From NCBI RefSeq assembly GCF_040807025.1, contig NC_090973.1:853853-917852 (forward strand): a stretch of DNA of 64,000 bases. Reading direction: 5' to 3'. This DNA comes from Struthio camelus. Taxonomy: Eukaryota. Positions 1 to 11,652 of the stretch are shown in pieces. The notes beneath the pieces are model-generated. The model had not been told where the DNA came from and searched no databases. It saw only the letters and a program-made list of their open reading frames with translations. Position numbers and translations under genes: made by a program. Every line of letters starts with the position of its first letter. Within the stretch, counting starts at the first letter, position 1.

Positions 1-99
1 CCGGTCGAGCTCGCCCAGGCCGGGGGCCGCCGGGGCCTGGGGGGTGGCGCGGGGGGACCGGGCCTTGTGTACCGTGCTGGGGAGGAGGGGGAAACAGGG

Positions 100-1500
100 A
101 CAGGGTGGTGGCATGTCCCCCTATGTCCCCAATGTCCCCTCAGTGTCCCCCCAATGTCCCCAACGTACCTGTAGAGCTGCTCGGTGTCACCCCCCGCCGG
201 GGGGGCCGCGCTCGGCGCCTGGGGACCGGCACACAGGGGGTTAATGGGGACGCGAGGGGCTGGAGCAGTGTGTCCTCCCCCCCCCCCACTGTGTCCCCAA
301 TGTCCCCAACAGCCCCAGTGTCCCCATCTGGAGCCTTGAGGTCCCCATTGTCCCCTTGGCCCCAAAGTCCCCCATCCCCAAGGTCCTCCAGGTGCACATG
401 TCCCCAAAACTCCCCATCCCTGATGTCCCCATCCTTGGGGTCTCCATGTCCCCAAGGTCCATGTGTCCCCAAGGTCGTCCATCCCCAAAGTCTCCCTCCC
501 CAGGGTCTCCATGACCCCATCCCCAAGGTTCCCCATCCCCAATGTCCCCATCACCGAGGTCCTCAATGTCCCCATGTCCCAGGGGTCCCCCATCCCCAAG
601 GTCCCCAAGGTTCACATGACCCCGAGGTCCCCAACCACACTGTCCCCATCCCCAGGGCCCTCAACGTCTCCAAGGTCCTCATCCCCAATGTCCCCATCAC
701 CGGGGTCCTCCATGTCCCCATGTCCCTCACCATCAGGCTCCCCAATGTCCCAAAGGTCACCCATTCCCGAGGTCCCCGTGTCCACAAGCCCCCCATCACC
801 AATGTCCCCATTCTTGGGATCTCCATGATCCCATCCTCAAGGTCCCCAAGGACCCCCATCCACAATGTCCCCATCCCCAGGGTCCCTAATGTCCCCATGA
901 TCCCATTCCCTGGGGTCCTCAGTGTCCCCATGTCCCCAAAGGTCCACATGTCTCCAAGATTCCCCATCCCCAAGGTCCCCTTCCCCAGGGTCTCCATGTC
1001 CCCATCCTCAAGGTCCCCATCCCCAGTGTCCCCATCGCCAGGATCTCCAATGTCCCCATCTTTGGGGTCCCCATGTCCCCATCCCCAAGGTCCTCAATGT
1101 CCCCAAGGTCTCCACCCCCAGTGTTGCCATCATTGGGGGTCTTCAATGTCTCCATGTCCCCAAGGTCTCCCAATCCTAAGGTCCCCAAGGTCCACAGGTC
1201 CCCAAGGTCCTCCATCCCCAACGTCCTAACCCTGGGGTCTCCATGACCCCCACCCCAAAGTCCCCAATGTCCCCATGTCCCCAAGATCCCCTACCCCCAA
1301 GGTCCACATCACCAGGGTCCCCATATCCCCAAGGTCCTCCATCCACAATGTCCCATCCCTAGGGTCTCCATGACCCCCCACCCCAAGCTCCCCAATGTCC
1401 CCAATGTCCTCCATCCCCAAAGCCCCCATCCTCGAGGTCCCAGAAGTCCCCACGTCCCCATCCCCAAAGCCCCCCTAGATGTCTCCAACGTCCCGGTCAC
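100..1500. repeat. Degenerate ~21-bp minisatellite (GTCCCCATCCCCAAGGTCCTC-like)
   Basis: Visible periodic recurrence of tccccaaggtcc / atgtcccc units. Lies in a TGFB1I1 intron. Confidence 0.7.
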
Positions 1501-1578
1501 CAGAAACCCCAACTCAGCCCCATGCCAACGTGCCCCGTCCCCACCCCGAGGTCCCCCTCCGAGGTCCTGGGGGCTCAC

Positions 1579-1733
1579 GGGGCCATAGGGGGGTGGCAGG
1601 GGCCGAGGGGGGTCGCCGTCAGGGTCGGGGGTCCCTGGCTGTGGGGCGGGAGGTCCCGCCGGCGGGTCGGTGAGCAGCACCGGGCGCCGGGCCAGGTGGG
1701 ACGTCGTCGTCTCCAGGTCGGCCAGCAGCGCGT
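1579..1733 (-). CDS. TGFB1I1: TGFB1I1 coding exon 2 (LD1 motif region): (D)ALLADLETTTSHLARRPVLLTDPPAGPPAPQPGTPDPDGDPPRPLPPPYGP
   Basis: Acceptor ttccccccctccaccag, donor GTGAGC. LETTTSH and PPPxYG match Hic-5 (MEDLDALLSDLETTTSHM...PPPSYGHQP). Adjacent to ARMC5 as in human 16p11.2. The paxillin-family assignment is certain; TGFB1I1 rather than PXN is inferred from synteny and the ETTTSH residues. Confidence 0.65.
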
Positions 1734-1789
1734 CTGGTGGAGGGGGGGAACGGTGTCAGGGACCCAGGCGTCCGGGGGACACCTGGGCC

Positions 1790-2990
1790 CAACTCCGGGC
1801 ATTGGGGACAACGGAGGAGACAGGATGGGGGGAAGGAGACAGGATGGAGGGAAGGAGATGCGGACGATGGAGGAGGTGGGATGGGAGGAAGAAGATGGGA
1901 TGGAGGGAAGGAGCCGGGATGGGGGAAGGAGCCGGGACAGAGGAAGGAGATGGAGATGATGGAGGAGACGGGATGGGAGGAAGGAGATAGGGATGGGGGA
2001 AGGAGATGGGGACAATGGAGGAGACAGGATGGGAGGAAGAAGATGGGATGAAGGGAAGGAGATGGGACGCGAAGGAAATGGGATGGGGGAAGAAGAAGGG
2101 ATGGGAGGAAGGAGACAGGGATGGGGGAAGGAGATGGAGATGATGGAGGAGACGGGATGGAGGGAAGGAGATGGGACGTGAAGGAGATGGGATGGGAGGA
2201 AGGAGATGGAGATGATGGAGGAGATGGGATGGAGGGAAGGAGATGGGATGGGAGGAAGGAGATGGGATGGAGGGAAGGAGATGGAGATGGGAGGAAGGAG
2301 ATGGGATGGAGGGAAGGAGATGGGACGTGAAGGAGATGGGATGGGAGGAAGGAGATGGAGATGATGGAGGAGACGGGATGGGAGGAAGAAGATGGGATGG
2401 AGAAAGGAGAAGGAGATGGGAGGAAGGAGATGGGATGGAGGGAAGGAGATGGGACGTGAAGGAGATGGGATGGGAGGAAGGAGATGGGATGGAGGGAAGG
2501 AGATGGAGATGGGAGGAAGGAGATGGGATGGAGGGAAGGAGATGGGATGGGAGGAAGGAGATGGGATGGAGGGAAGGAGATGGGACGTGAAGGAGATGGG
2601 ATGGGAGGAAGGAGATGGAGATGATGGAGGAGACGGGATGGGAGGAAGAAGATGGGATGGGAGGAAGGAGATGGGATGGAGGAAGGAGATGGAGATGGGA
2701 GGAAGGAGACGGGATGGGAGGAAGGAGATGGAGATGATGGAGGAGATGGGATGGGAGGAAGAAGATGGGATGGAGGAAGGAGACAGGATGGAGGGACAGA
2801 GACCGGACAGACGGACAGAAACGGGACAGATGGACGGAGACAGGACGGACAGAAGGAGACGGGACGGAGGGAAGGAGACCGGACGGACGGAGACGGGACG
2901 GACGGACGGAGACGGGACGGAGGGAAGGAGACGGGACGGAGGGAAGGAGACCGGACAGACGGACGGGACGGGACGGACGGACGGACGGAC
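1790..2990. repeat. 1.2-kb polypurine (plus strand) tract (GGGAAGGAGATGGGATGGAG)n
   Basis: Almost no pyrimidines on the plus strand. Forms most of TGFB1I1 intron 1, where it is a polypyrimidine tract on the transcribed sense strand. Confidence 0.9.
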
Positions 2991-3003
2991 GCGGGGGCCT
3001 CAC

Positions 3004-3016
3004 CCAGGTCGTCCAT
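3004..3016 (-). CDS. TGFB1I1: TGFB1I1 (Hic-5) coding exon 1: ATGGACGACCTGG = M-D-D-L plus a split codon base
   Basis: Minus strand reads gccATGGACGACCTGG followed by donor GTGAGG. Joining to the exon at 1733 gives MDDLDALLADLETTTSHL, the paxillin/Hic-5 LD1 motif. Phase 1 matches exon 2. Confidence 0.55.
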
Positions 3017-3099
3017 GGCCGGGGCTGGGTGCGGCCCCCCCCGCCCCCCCGGCCCCGACGCCGCCCCGCGCGGGGCCCCGCGGTGCCCATGTATGGAAG

Positions 3100-5600
3100 C
3101 GCCCGGACGCCTGGGCCCCCCGCCTTCCCCCCCCCCCCCCGAGGCTGGGAATGGGAGGGCGCCCGGACGCCTGGGCCCGCCGGGAAGGGAAGGAGGGTCT
3201 TGGAGTTCGGAAGGGGAAGGCCCGGACGCCTGGGTCCCTGGGATAAGGCGGGGTGAGGGGGGGGGGGGAGATGCCCGAGGCCGGGGCGGGACGGGGTGGG
3301 GCACCCGGACGCCTGGGCCCCTTTTAGGGGGGGACGGCACGGACGCTTGGGTCACTTGGAGGGAACACCCGGACGCCTGGGCCCCTTGTAGGGGACACCC
3401 GGACGCCTGGGCCCTTCGGAGGGGACACCCGGACGCCTGGGCCCCTTTTGGGGGTCACCCGGATGCTTGGGCCCCTTTTGGGGGGGGCACCCGGACACCT
3501 GGGCCCCTTCTAGGGGACACCCGGACGCCTGGGCCCCTTTTGAGGGGGGAGCACTCGGAAGCCTGGGCCCTTTTTGGGGGGGGGAGCACCCGGACGCCTG
3601 GGCCCCTTTTGCTTGGGGGCACCCGGATGCCTGGGCCCCTTTTGGGGGTCACCCGGATGCCTGGGCCCCTTTTCGGGAGGGACACCCGGACGCCTGGGCC
3701 CCTTTTAGGGGGGGACGGCACGGACGCCTGGGTCACTTGGAGGGAACACCCGGACACCTGGGCCCCTTGTAGGGGATACCCGGACGCCTGGGCCCTTCAG
3801 AGGGGACACCCGGATGCCTGGGCCCCTTTTGTGGGGGGGCACCCGGACACCTGGGCCCCTTCTAGGGGACACCCAGACGCCTGGGCCCCTTTTCCTTGGG
3901 GACACCCGGAAGCCTGGGCCCTTTTTGAGGGGGGAGCACCCGGACGCCTGGGCCCCTTTTGCTTGGGGGCACCCGGACGCCTGGGCCCCTTTTGGGGGGG
4001 GCACCCGGACACCTGGGCCCCTTCTAGGGGACACCCGGACGCCTGGGCCCTTTTTGAGGGGGGACCACCCGGATGCCTGGGCCCCTTTTGTGGGGGCGCA
4101 CCCGGACACCTGGGCCCCTTCTAGGGGACACCCGGACGCTTGGGCCCTTTTTGGGGGGGGGAGCACCCGGACACCTGGGCCCCTTTTGCTTGGGGGCACC
4201 CGGACGCCTGGGCCCCTTCTAGGGGACACCCGGACGCTTGGGCCCTTTTTGAGGGGGGACCACCCGGATGCCTGGGCCCCTTTTGTGGGGGCGCACCCGG
4301 ACGCCTGGGCCCCTTCTAGGGGACACCCGGACGCTTGGGCCCTTTTTGGGGGGGGGAGCACCCAGATGCCTGGGCCCCTTTTGCTTGGGGGCACCCGGAC
4401 GCCTGGGCCCCTTCTAGGGGACACCCGGACGCTTGGGCCCCTTTCGCTTGGGGGCACCCGGATGCCTGGGCCCCTTTTGTGGGGGGGCACCCGGACACCT
4501 GGGCCCCTTCTAGGGGACACCCGGACGCTTGGGCCCCTTTTGCTTGGGGGCACCCGGATGCCTGGGCCCCTTTTGGAGGGGCACCCGGACACCTGGGCCC
4601 CTTCTAGGGGACACCCGGACGCTTGGGCCCCTTTTGAGGGGGGACCACCTGGACACCTGGGCCCTTTTTGAGGGGGGGACACCCGGACACCTGGGCCCCT
4701 TTTGCTTGGGGGCACCCGGATGCCTGGGCCCCTTTTGGGGGTCACCCGGATTCCTGGGCCCCTTTTGTGGGGGGGCACCCGGACACCTGGGCCCCTTCTA
4801 GGGGACACCCGGACGCCTGGGCCCCTTTTGCTTGGGGACACCCGGATGCCTGGGCCCCTTTTGTGGGGGGGCACCCGGACACCTGGGCCCCTTCTAGGGG
4901 ACACCCGGACACCTGGGCCCCTTTTGCTTGGGGGCACCCGGACGCCTGGGCCCCTTTTGGGGGGGACATCCGGATGCCTGGGCCCTTTTTGGGGGGGGCG
5001 GATCACCCGGATGCCTGGGCCCCTTTTCGGGAGGGTCACCCGGACGCCTGGGCCCCTTTTGGGGGGGACATCCGGATGCCTGGGCCCCTTTTTGAGGGGG
5101 GGGGCACCCGGATGCCTGGGTCCCTTTTCGGTGGGGGCACCCGAACGCCTGGGCCCCTTTTGGGTGGCAGCACTCAGAGGCCTGGGCCCTTTTTTGGGGG
5201 GGGGGGGATCACCCGGACACCTGGGCCCTTTTTTGGGGAAAGCACCCGGATGCCTGGGCCCCTTTTGGGTGACTACCCGGACACCTGGGCGCCTTGTAGG
5301 TGATAACCCGGACACCTGGGCCCCTTTTGGGTGGGAAACACCTGGACACCTGGGACCCTTTTGGGGGGGGCACCCGGACGCCTGGGCCCTTTTTTGGGGA
5401 AAGCACCCGGACGCCTGGGCCCCTTGTAGGGGACGCTTGGATCACCCGTCACCCCCCCCAACCCCACCCCACCCCGGACACCTGGGCCCCCCAGGACGCC
5501 TGGGCCCCTCCCGGACGCCTGGGCCCCTCCCCGGACACCTGGGCCCCTCCCAGATGCCTGGGCCCCCCAGGACGCCTGGGCCCCCTCCTGGACACCTGGG
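3100..5600. repeat. Satellite with core CACCCGGACGCCTGGGCCCC and T3-4/G-run spacers (~30-bp units), C-strand on plus
   Basis: About 80 copies. Abuts the TGFB1I1 5' end. Confidence 0.85.
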
Positions 5601-5621
5601 CCCGCAGCCATGTCACCACTT

Positions 5622-5627
5622 TATTGT
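5622..5627 (-). other. Lone AATAAA on the minus strand: candidate ARMC5 polyA signal about 1.6 kb below its stop
   Basis: The only canonical hexamer on the minus strand between the ARMC5 stop (7265) and TGFB1I1 exon 1 (3016). A 12-A tract lies nearby on the plus strand at 5715-5726. Confidence 0.25.
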
Positions 5628-6029
5628 GCGTCGCCTCCGCTACATTCGCGGCCCCCCCCACCCCCCCCGATCCGTCTCCCGTCCCCCCCCTTCCCCACCC
5701 CCGGGGACCCCCCCCCAAAAAAAAAAAATCCCAGAGGGGTCCCCAAAAACCCGGGGATTCCCCCCAAACCTGCGGGGGGAGGGGGGTGTCCCCAAACTCC
5801 TGGGGTCCCTCCAAACCCCCTCCCCAAAACCGAGTGGGTTCCCCCCCCAACCAGGACCCCCTCCTTGGCCCTCAAGGGGTCCCCGATGGGGCGTCCCCAA
5901 GGTCCCCCCCCCACCTCCGTGTCCTCCTCTTCTCCAAGGGGTCCCCAACATCCCTAGGGGGTCTCCAAAGGGGTCTCACCACCTCCCCAAGGTCCTCCGG
6001 AGGGGGCCTGGTGGGCCCCAAAGGGCTCC

Positions 6030-6960
6030 CCGATGTCACTATGGGGGTCCCCAAGGTCTCCGTGGGGGTCCCCCACCTCCACGTCCTCACCAGCTTCCCC
6101 TAAGAGGTCCCCAACATCCCTAGGGGGTCTCCAAAGGGGTCTCACCACCTCCCCAAGGTCCTCCGGAGGGGGCCTGGTGGGCCCCAAAGGGCTCCCCGAT
6201 GTCACTATGGGGGTCCCCAAGGTCCCCGTGGGGGTCCCCCACCTCCACGTCCTCACCAGCTTCCCCTAAGAGGTCCCCAAGGCCCATAGGGGGTCTCCAA
6301 AGGGGGTCTCACCACCTCCCCAAGGTCCTCCGGAGGGGGCCTGGTGGGCCCCAAAGGGCTCCCCGATGTCACTATGGGGGTCCCCAAGGTCCCCGTGGGG
6401 GTCCCCCACCTCCACGTCCTCACCAGCTTCCCCTAAGAGGTCCCCAAGGCCCATAGGGGGTCTCCAAAGGGGTCTCACCACCTCCCCAAGGTCCTCCGGA
6501 GGGGGCCTGGTGGGCCCCAAAGGGCTCCCCGATGTCACTATGGGGGTCCCCAAGGTCTCCGTGGGGGTCCCCCACCTCCACGTCCTCACCAGCTTCCCCT
6601 AAGAGGTCCCCAACATCCCTAGGGGGTCTCCAAAGGGGTCTCACCACCTCCCCAAGGTCCTCCGGAGGGGGCCTGGTGGGCCCCAAAGGGCTCCCCGATG
6701 TCACTATGGGGGTCCCCAAGGTCCCCGTGGGGGTCCCCCACCTCCACGTCCTCACTAGCTTCCCCTAAGAGGTCCCCAAGGCCCATAGGGGGTCTCCAAA
6801 GGGGTCTCACCACCTCCCCAAGGTCCTCCAGGGGGTCCCCAAGGTCACTCTGGGAGTCCTCAAGGTCCCCATGGCGGTCCCCCACCTCCATGTCCCTGTC
6901 TTCTTCCTCTAAGGGGTCCCCAACATCCACGAGGGGTCCCCAAGGTCCATAGGGCATCTC
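6030..6960. repeat. 166-167-bp satellite, about 5.5 monomers
   Basis: The ORF track repeats an identical peptide at 6033, 6199, 6366, 6532 and 6698. Lies in the ARMC5 3' flank. Confidence 0.9.
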
Positions 6961-7264
6961 CAAACGGCTCCCATCACCTCCCCAAAGTCTTCCAGGGGGT
7001 CTCCAAAGTCTCTATGGGGGGTTCCCCCAGGCCCCCAGAGGGAGCCCCCACCACCACGTCCTCATTTCCTTTCTCTAAGGCGTCCCCCACATCCATGGGG
7101 GTCCCCAAGGTCCACGGGGGGGGGGTTCTTCAAAGGGGTCCTGCCACGTCACCAAGGTACCCCAAAGTGTCCTCAAAGGTGCTCCCCCCAGCTCGCTATG
7201 GGGCTCCCCAACGCCCTTGCGGGGCTCCCCAAGGTCTTCACGGGGCGGGGGGTCCCCGAGGTCT

Positions 7265-9148
7265 TTATGGGGGTCCCCCCACCTCCATGTCCTCGTCTGC
7301 TTCCTCTAAGGGGTCCCCAACATCCCCGGGGATGTCCTCGAAGTCGTCCTCCCCCTCCCCGAGCTTCTCCGGGGGGGCCCTGAGGTCCTCCAGAGGGTCC
7401 CTGAGCTCCTCCAGAGGGTCTCTGAGGTCCTCCACAGGGTCCCCAAGGTCCTCCAGAGGGTCCCCAAGCTCCTCCACAGGGTCCCCGAGGTCCTCCAGAA
7501 GGTCCCCGAGGTCCTCCACGGGGGGTTCCCCAGGGAGCCGCAACAGCGGGTCCCCCCCGTCCAAGGGCTCCCCCATATCGAGGTGGGGCCGGAGGTCTCG
7601 GGGGGCCACGGCGGCCAGCAGAGCCCGGGCCAACCGGTTGGGACACCGAACGGTGCGAGCCACCCGGGCCAGACGGGGGGCCACGCTTTGGGGTGGCCCC
7701 TCTAGAAGCTCCCGGGCCGCCCGGGCGGCCAAGGGACCGCAAGCCCAACGCTCGGCCAAAGCCCAGAGGGTGCCGGGGGACCCGGAGACGCTGGCGGCCA
7801 TGACGGCTTCCAAACCCGGCACCAGATAACGGCGGGCCAAGGCGATGGCGGCGCCCGCCGTGGCGGGGGGGACGGGCGAGCGGAGTCGGGGGCACCCGGC
7901 GGCCGGCCGGCACCCGTGGACGTAATGGAGGAGGACGAGGAGGGGGCGGCGGGGGGCGCAGCGCAGGGCCACGGCGCCCTGGCGGGCTTCGGCGAAGGCG
8001 CCCCCCAACATGGCGCCCAACACCGGCGACCCCCGGGTCAAGGCCACCCGGGATGCCGGCAAGCCCGGCTCGGCCCCGTCGGGGAGCAGCAGCAGGTCGT
8101 GGGGCGCCCGGGCGTAGGGGCAGGAGGACCTCGGGGACGTTGGAGGACACGGGGACGCTTGGGGACGGGGGCTGGAGGACCTTGGGGATGGGGGAGGACG
8201 GGGGCTGGAGGACCTCGGGGACGTTGGAGGACTAGAGGATGGGTGGGGACGGGGGCTGGAGGACCTCGGGGACGTTGGAGGACTAGAGGATGGGTGGGGA
8301 CGGGGGCTGGAGGACTTTGGAGATGGTTGGAGATGGGAGTTGGAAGACTTTGGGGGCGTTGGAGGACAAGAGGACACTTGGGGATGGGGGTTGGAGGACC
8401 CTGGGGACACCGGGGGACAAGGGGACAGCTGGGGACGGGGGCTGGAGGACCTTGGGGACGCTGGGGGAGAAGACGATGGTTGCGGACGAGGGCTGGAGGA
8501 CCTTGGGGACGCTGGGGGAGATGACGATGGTCGGGGATGGAGGTCGGAGGACCTTGGGGATGGTTGGCGATGGGGGTTGGAGGACCGCGGGGACGCTGGG
8601 GGAGATGACGATGGTTGGGGATGGAGGTCGGAGGACCTTGGGGATGGTTGGCGATGGCGGTTGGAGGACCGCGGGGACGCTGGAGGACAAGAAGACACTT
8701 GGGGATGGGGGCTGGAGGACCTTGAGGACACTTGGGGACAAGGGGACAGTTGGGGAGCAGGCTCGGAGGACCTCGGAGGACAAGGGGACACTTGAGGATT
8801 GGGGGCCGCTTGGGGACAGGGGGACACGCGGGGACACTTGGGGGGCCTGGGGGACACGTGGGGAAGGAGATGGGGCCGCTTGGGGGCCCTTGGGGCCGCT
8901 TGGGCGCAGGGGGACGGGGACACGGGGGACAGCAGGGGCGGGGGGCGCAGGGCCACCGGGGACGATGTCACCGCGCGTCCCCACGGCTCCTCGGCGGCCC
9001 CGGGTGCGTGGGCGGGTCCCAGCGCGTCCCCAACGTCACCGCGTGCCCCAAGGGCGTCCTCGTGTCCCCACGGCTCCTCGGTGGCCTCGCGTCCACATCC
9101 GGCCTCGTGTCCCCACGGCTCCTCGGTGGCTTCGTCCTGGCCACGCGC
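7265..9148 (-). CDS. ARMC5: ARMC5 candidate last exon (stop TGA at 7265-7267). It contains the BTB-like C-terminal homology (APHDLLLLPDGAEPGLPASRVALTRGSPVLGAMLGGAFAEARQGAVALRCAPRRPLLVLLHYVHGCRPAAGC...RALLAAVAPRDL), preceded by an in-frame ~280-aa Pro/Ser-rich repeat and followed by an acidic (EDLGDPL)n tail
   Basis: The 3' part from about 8130 down aligns to human [68 protein letters not shown]...EALLAVVMGIEL. The proposed acceptor gactccccccag at 9151-9149 is the most upstream phase-0 candidate. The true acceptor could instead lie anywhere from 9148 down to about 8150. The open frame runs ~100 aa past the human C-terminus through a 21-bp repeat. Confidence 0.4.
   Translation of the reverse strand, partial: ARGQDEATEEPWGHEAGCGREATEEPWGHEDALGARGDVGDALGPAHAPGAAEEPWGRAVTSSPVALRPPPLLSPVSPSPCAQAAPRAPKRPHLLPHVSPRPPKCPRVSPCPQAAPNPQVSPCPPRSSEPAPQLSPCPQVSSRSSSPHPQVSSCPPASPRSSNRHRQPSPRSSDLHPQPSSSPPASPRSSNPHRQPSPRSSDLHPRPSSSPPASPRSSSPRPQPSSSPPASPRSSSPRPQLSPCPPVSPGSSNPHPQVSSCPPTPPKSSNSHLQPSPKSSSPRPHPSSSPPTSPRSSSPRPHPSSSPPTSPRSSSPRPPPSPRSSSPRPQASPCPPTSPRSSCPYARAPHDLLLLPDGAEPGLPASRVALTRGSPVLGAMLGGAFAEARQGAVALRCAPRRPLLVLLHYVHGCRPAAGCPRLRSPVPPATAGAAIALARRYLVPGLEAVMAASVSGSPGTLWALAERWACGPLAARAARELLEGPPQSVAPRLARVARTVRCPNRLARALLAAVAPRDLRPHLDMGEPLDGGDPLLRLPGEPPVEDLGDLLEDLGDPVEELGDPLEDLGDPVEDLRDPLEELRDPLEDLRAPPEKLGEGEDDFEDIPGDVGDPLEEADEDMEVGGPP
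7380..7530. repeat. 21-bp repeat (GAGGTCCTCCAGAGGGTCCCT)n, in-frame within the ARMC5 terminal ORF (EDLGDPL)n
   Basis: About 7 units. Confidence 0.75.
8150..8800. repeat. ~60-bp repeat (GGACGGGGGCTGGAGGACCTTGGGGACG...), encoding a P/S-rich stretch on the minus strand
   Basis: Periodic ORF track peptides (GGWRTLGTLGD...). Confidence 0.75.
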
Positions 9149-9199
9149 CTGGGGGGAGTCATGGTGGCCCCGGGGGGGGTTGGTGAGGCCCCCGGGGCC

Positions 9200-11640
9200 A
9201 CCGATGTCCCCGTGTCCCTGACCCATGTCCCAGCATCTCCGTCCCATGTCCCAGTCCCATGTCCCCATCCCACGTCCCAGTGTCCCCATCCCACGTCCCA
9301 GTAGCTCCATCCCACGTCCCAGCTCCACGTCCCAGTGTCCCCATCCCACGTCCCAGTAGCTCCATCCCACGTCCCAGCTCCGCATCCCAGTGTCTCCATC
9401 CCGTGTCCCAGCTCCACGTCCCAGTATCTCCATCCCACGTCCCAGCTCCACGTCCCAGTGTCCCTGTCCCATGTCCCAGCTCCACGTCCCACTGTCCCCA
9501 TCCCACGTCCCAGTATCTCCATCCCATGCCCCAGCTTCACGTCCCAGTGTCCCTGTCCCACGTCCCAGCTCCATGTCCCACTGTCCCCATCCCACGTCCC
9601 AGTATCTCCATCCCATGCCCCAGCTCCACGTCCCAGTGTCTCCATCCCACGTCCCAGCTCCACATCCCAGTGTCCCCATCCCATGTCCCCGTCCCGTGTC
9701 CCAGTGTCCCCATCCCACGTCCCATTATCTCCATCCCACGTCCCAGCTCCACGTCCCAGTGTCCCCATCCCACGTCCCAGTATCTCCATCCCATGCCCCA
9801 GCTTCACGTCCCAGTGTCCCTGTCCCACGTCCCAGCTCCACGTCCCACTGTTCCCATCCCACGTCCCACTGTTCCCATCCCACGTCCCAGTATCTCCGTC
9901 CCATGCCCCATCCCACGTCCCCGTGTCCCCATCCCACGTCCCCGTCCCGTGTCCCAGTGTCTCCATCCCATGCCCCAGCTCCACGTCCCAGTGTCCCCGT
10001 CCCATGTCCCAGCTCCACGTCCCAGTGTCTCCATCCCACGTCCACGTCCCAGTGTCTCCATCCCATGTCCCATGTCCCCGTCCCATGACCCCAGCTCACG
10101 TCCCAGTATCTCCATCCCATGACCCCAGCTCATGTCCCAGTGTCTCCATCCCATGTCCCCATCCCGTGTCCCAGCTCCATGTCCCAGTGTCTCCATCCCA
10201 TGTCCCATGTCCCCGTCCCATGACCCAGCTCACGTCCCAGTGTCTCCATCCCATGACCCCGTCCCATGACCCCAGCTCCACGTCCCAGTGTCTCCATCCC
10301 ATGACCCCGTCCCATGACCCATGTCCCCGTCCCATGACCCCAGCTCCACGTCCCAGTGTCTCCATCCCATGACCCCGTCCCATGACCCCAGCTCACGTCC
10401 CAGTGTCTCCATCCCATGTCCCCATCCTGTGTCCCAGCTCCACGTCCCAGTGTCCCCATCCCATGACCCCGTCCCATGTCCCATGTCCCCGTCCCATGAC
10501 CCCAGCTCCACGTCCCAGTGTCTCCATCCCATGACCCCGTCCCATGACCCATGTCCCCGTCCCATGACCCCAGCTCACGTCCCAGTGTCTCCATCCCATG
10601 ACCCCGTCCCATGACCCCAGCTCACGTCCCAGTGTCTCCATCCCATGACCCCGTCCCATGTCCCATGACCCCGTCCCATGACCCCAGCTCACGTCCCAGT
10701 GTCTCCATCCCATGACCCCGTCCCATGACCCCATCTCACGTCCCAGTGTCTCCATCCCATGACCCCGTCCCATGACCCCGTCCCATGACCCCAGCTCCAC
10801 GTCCCAGTGTCTCCATCCCATGACCCCGTCCCATGTCCCATGTCCCCGTCCCATGACCCCAGCTCCACGTCCCAGTGTCTCCATCCCATGACCCCATCCC
10901 ATGACCCCAGCTCACGTCCCAGTGTCTCCATCCCATGACCCCATCCCATGTCCCCGTCCCATGACCCCAGCTCCACGTCCCAGTGTCTCCATCCCATGAC
11001 CCCATCCCATGTCCCCGTCCCATGACCCCAGCTCCACGTCCCAGTGTCTCCATCCCATGACCCCGTCCCATGACCCATGTCCCCGTCCCATGACCCCAGC
11101 TCACGTCCCAGTGTCTCCATCCCATGTCCCCGTCCCATGACCCCAGCTCCACGTCCCAGTGTCTCCATCCCATGACCCCATCCCGTGTCCCATGTCCCCG
11201 TCCCATGACCCCAGCTCACGTCCCAGTGTCTCCATCCCATGTCCCCGTCCCATGACCCCAGCTCCACGTCCCAGTGTCTCCATCCCATGACCCCATCCCG
11301 TGTCCCATGTCCCCGTCCCATGACCCCATCTCACGTCCCAGTGTCTCCATCCCATGTCCCCGTCCCATGACCCCAGCTCCACGTCCCAGTGTCTCCATCC
11401 CATGACCCCGTCCCGTGTCCCATGTCCCCGTCCCATGACCCCAGCTCCACGTCCCAGTGTCTCCATCCCATGACCCCGTCCCATGACCCCAGCTCACGTC
11501 CCAGTGTCTCCATCCCACGTCCCCATCCTGTGTCCCAGCTCCACGTCCCAGTGTCTCCATCCCGTGTCCCAACGCCATGTCCCAGTGTCTCCATCCCGTG
11601 TCCCAACGCCACGTCCCAGCGTCCCCGTCCCGTGTCCCCG
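9200..11640. repeat. 2.4-kb array of the 21-bp family CCCACGTCCCAGTGTCTCCAT / CCATGACCCCGTC
   Basis: ARMC5 intron 6. Confidence 0.85.
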
Positions 11641-11652
11641 CGCGGGGGTTAC

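Noticed and set aside
3100-5600. Identity of the 20/41-bp satellites with the chicken PO41 microchromosomal repeat
   Set aside because: I cannot recall the PO41 consensus well enough to assert a match. This is left as a suggestion to check rather than a call.
5610-5957. ORF MSPLYCASPPLHSRPPPPPP... starting at an ATG in the unique island near 5610
   Set aside because: Proline homopolymer from a C-rich tract with no recognisable domain. The island is more plausibly ARMC5 3' UTR and polyA region (AATAAA on the opposite strand).
7916-8524. Plus-strand ORFs antisense to the ARMC5 last exon (GGWRTLGTLGD... repeats)
   Set aside because: Mirror translation of the same 60-bp repeat. The minus-strand frame is the one continuous with the ARMC5 BTB homology.
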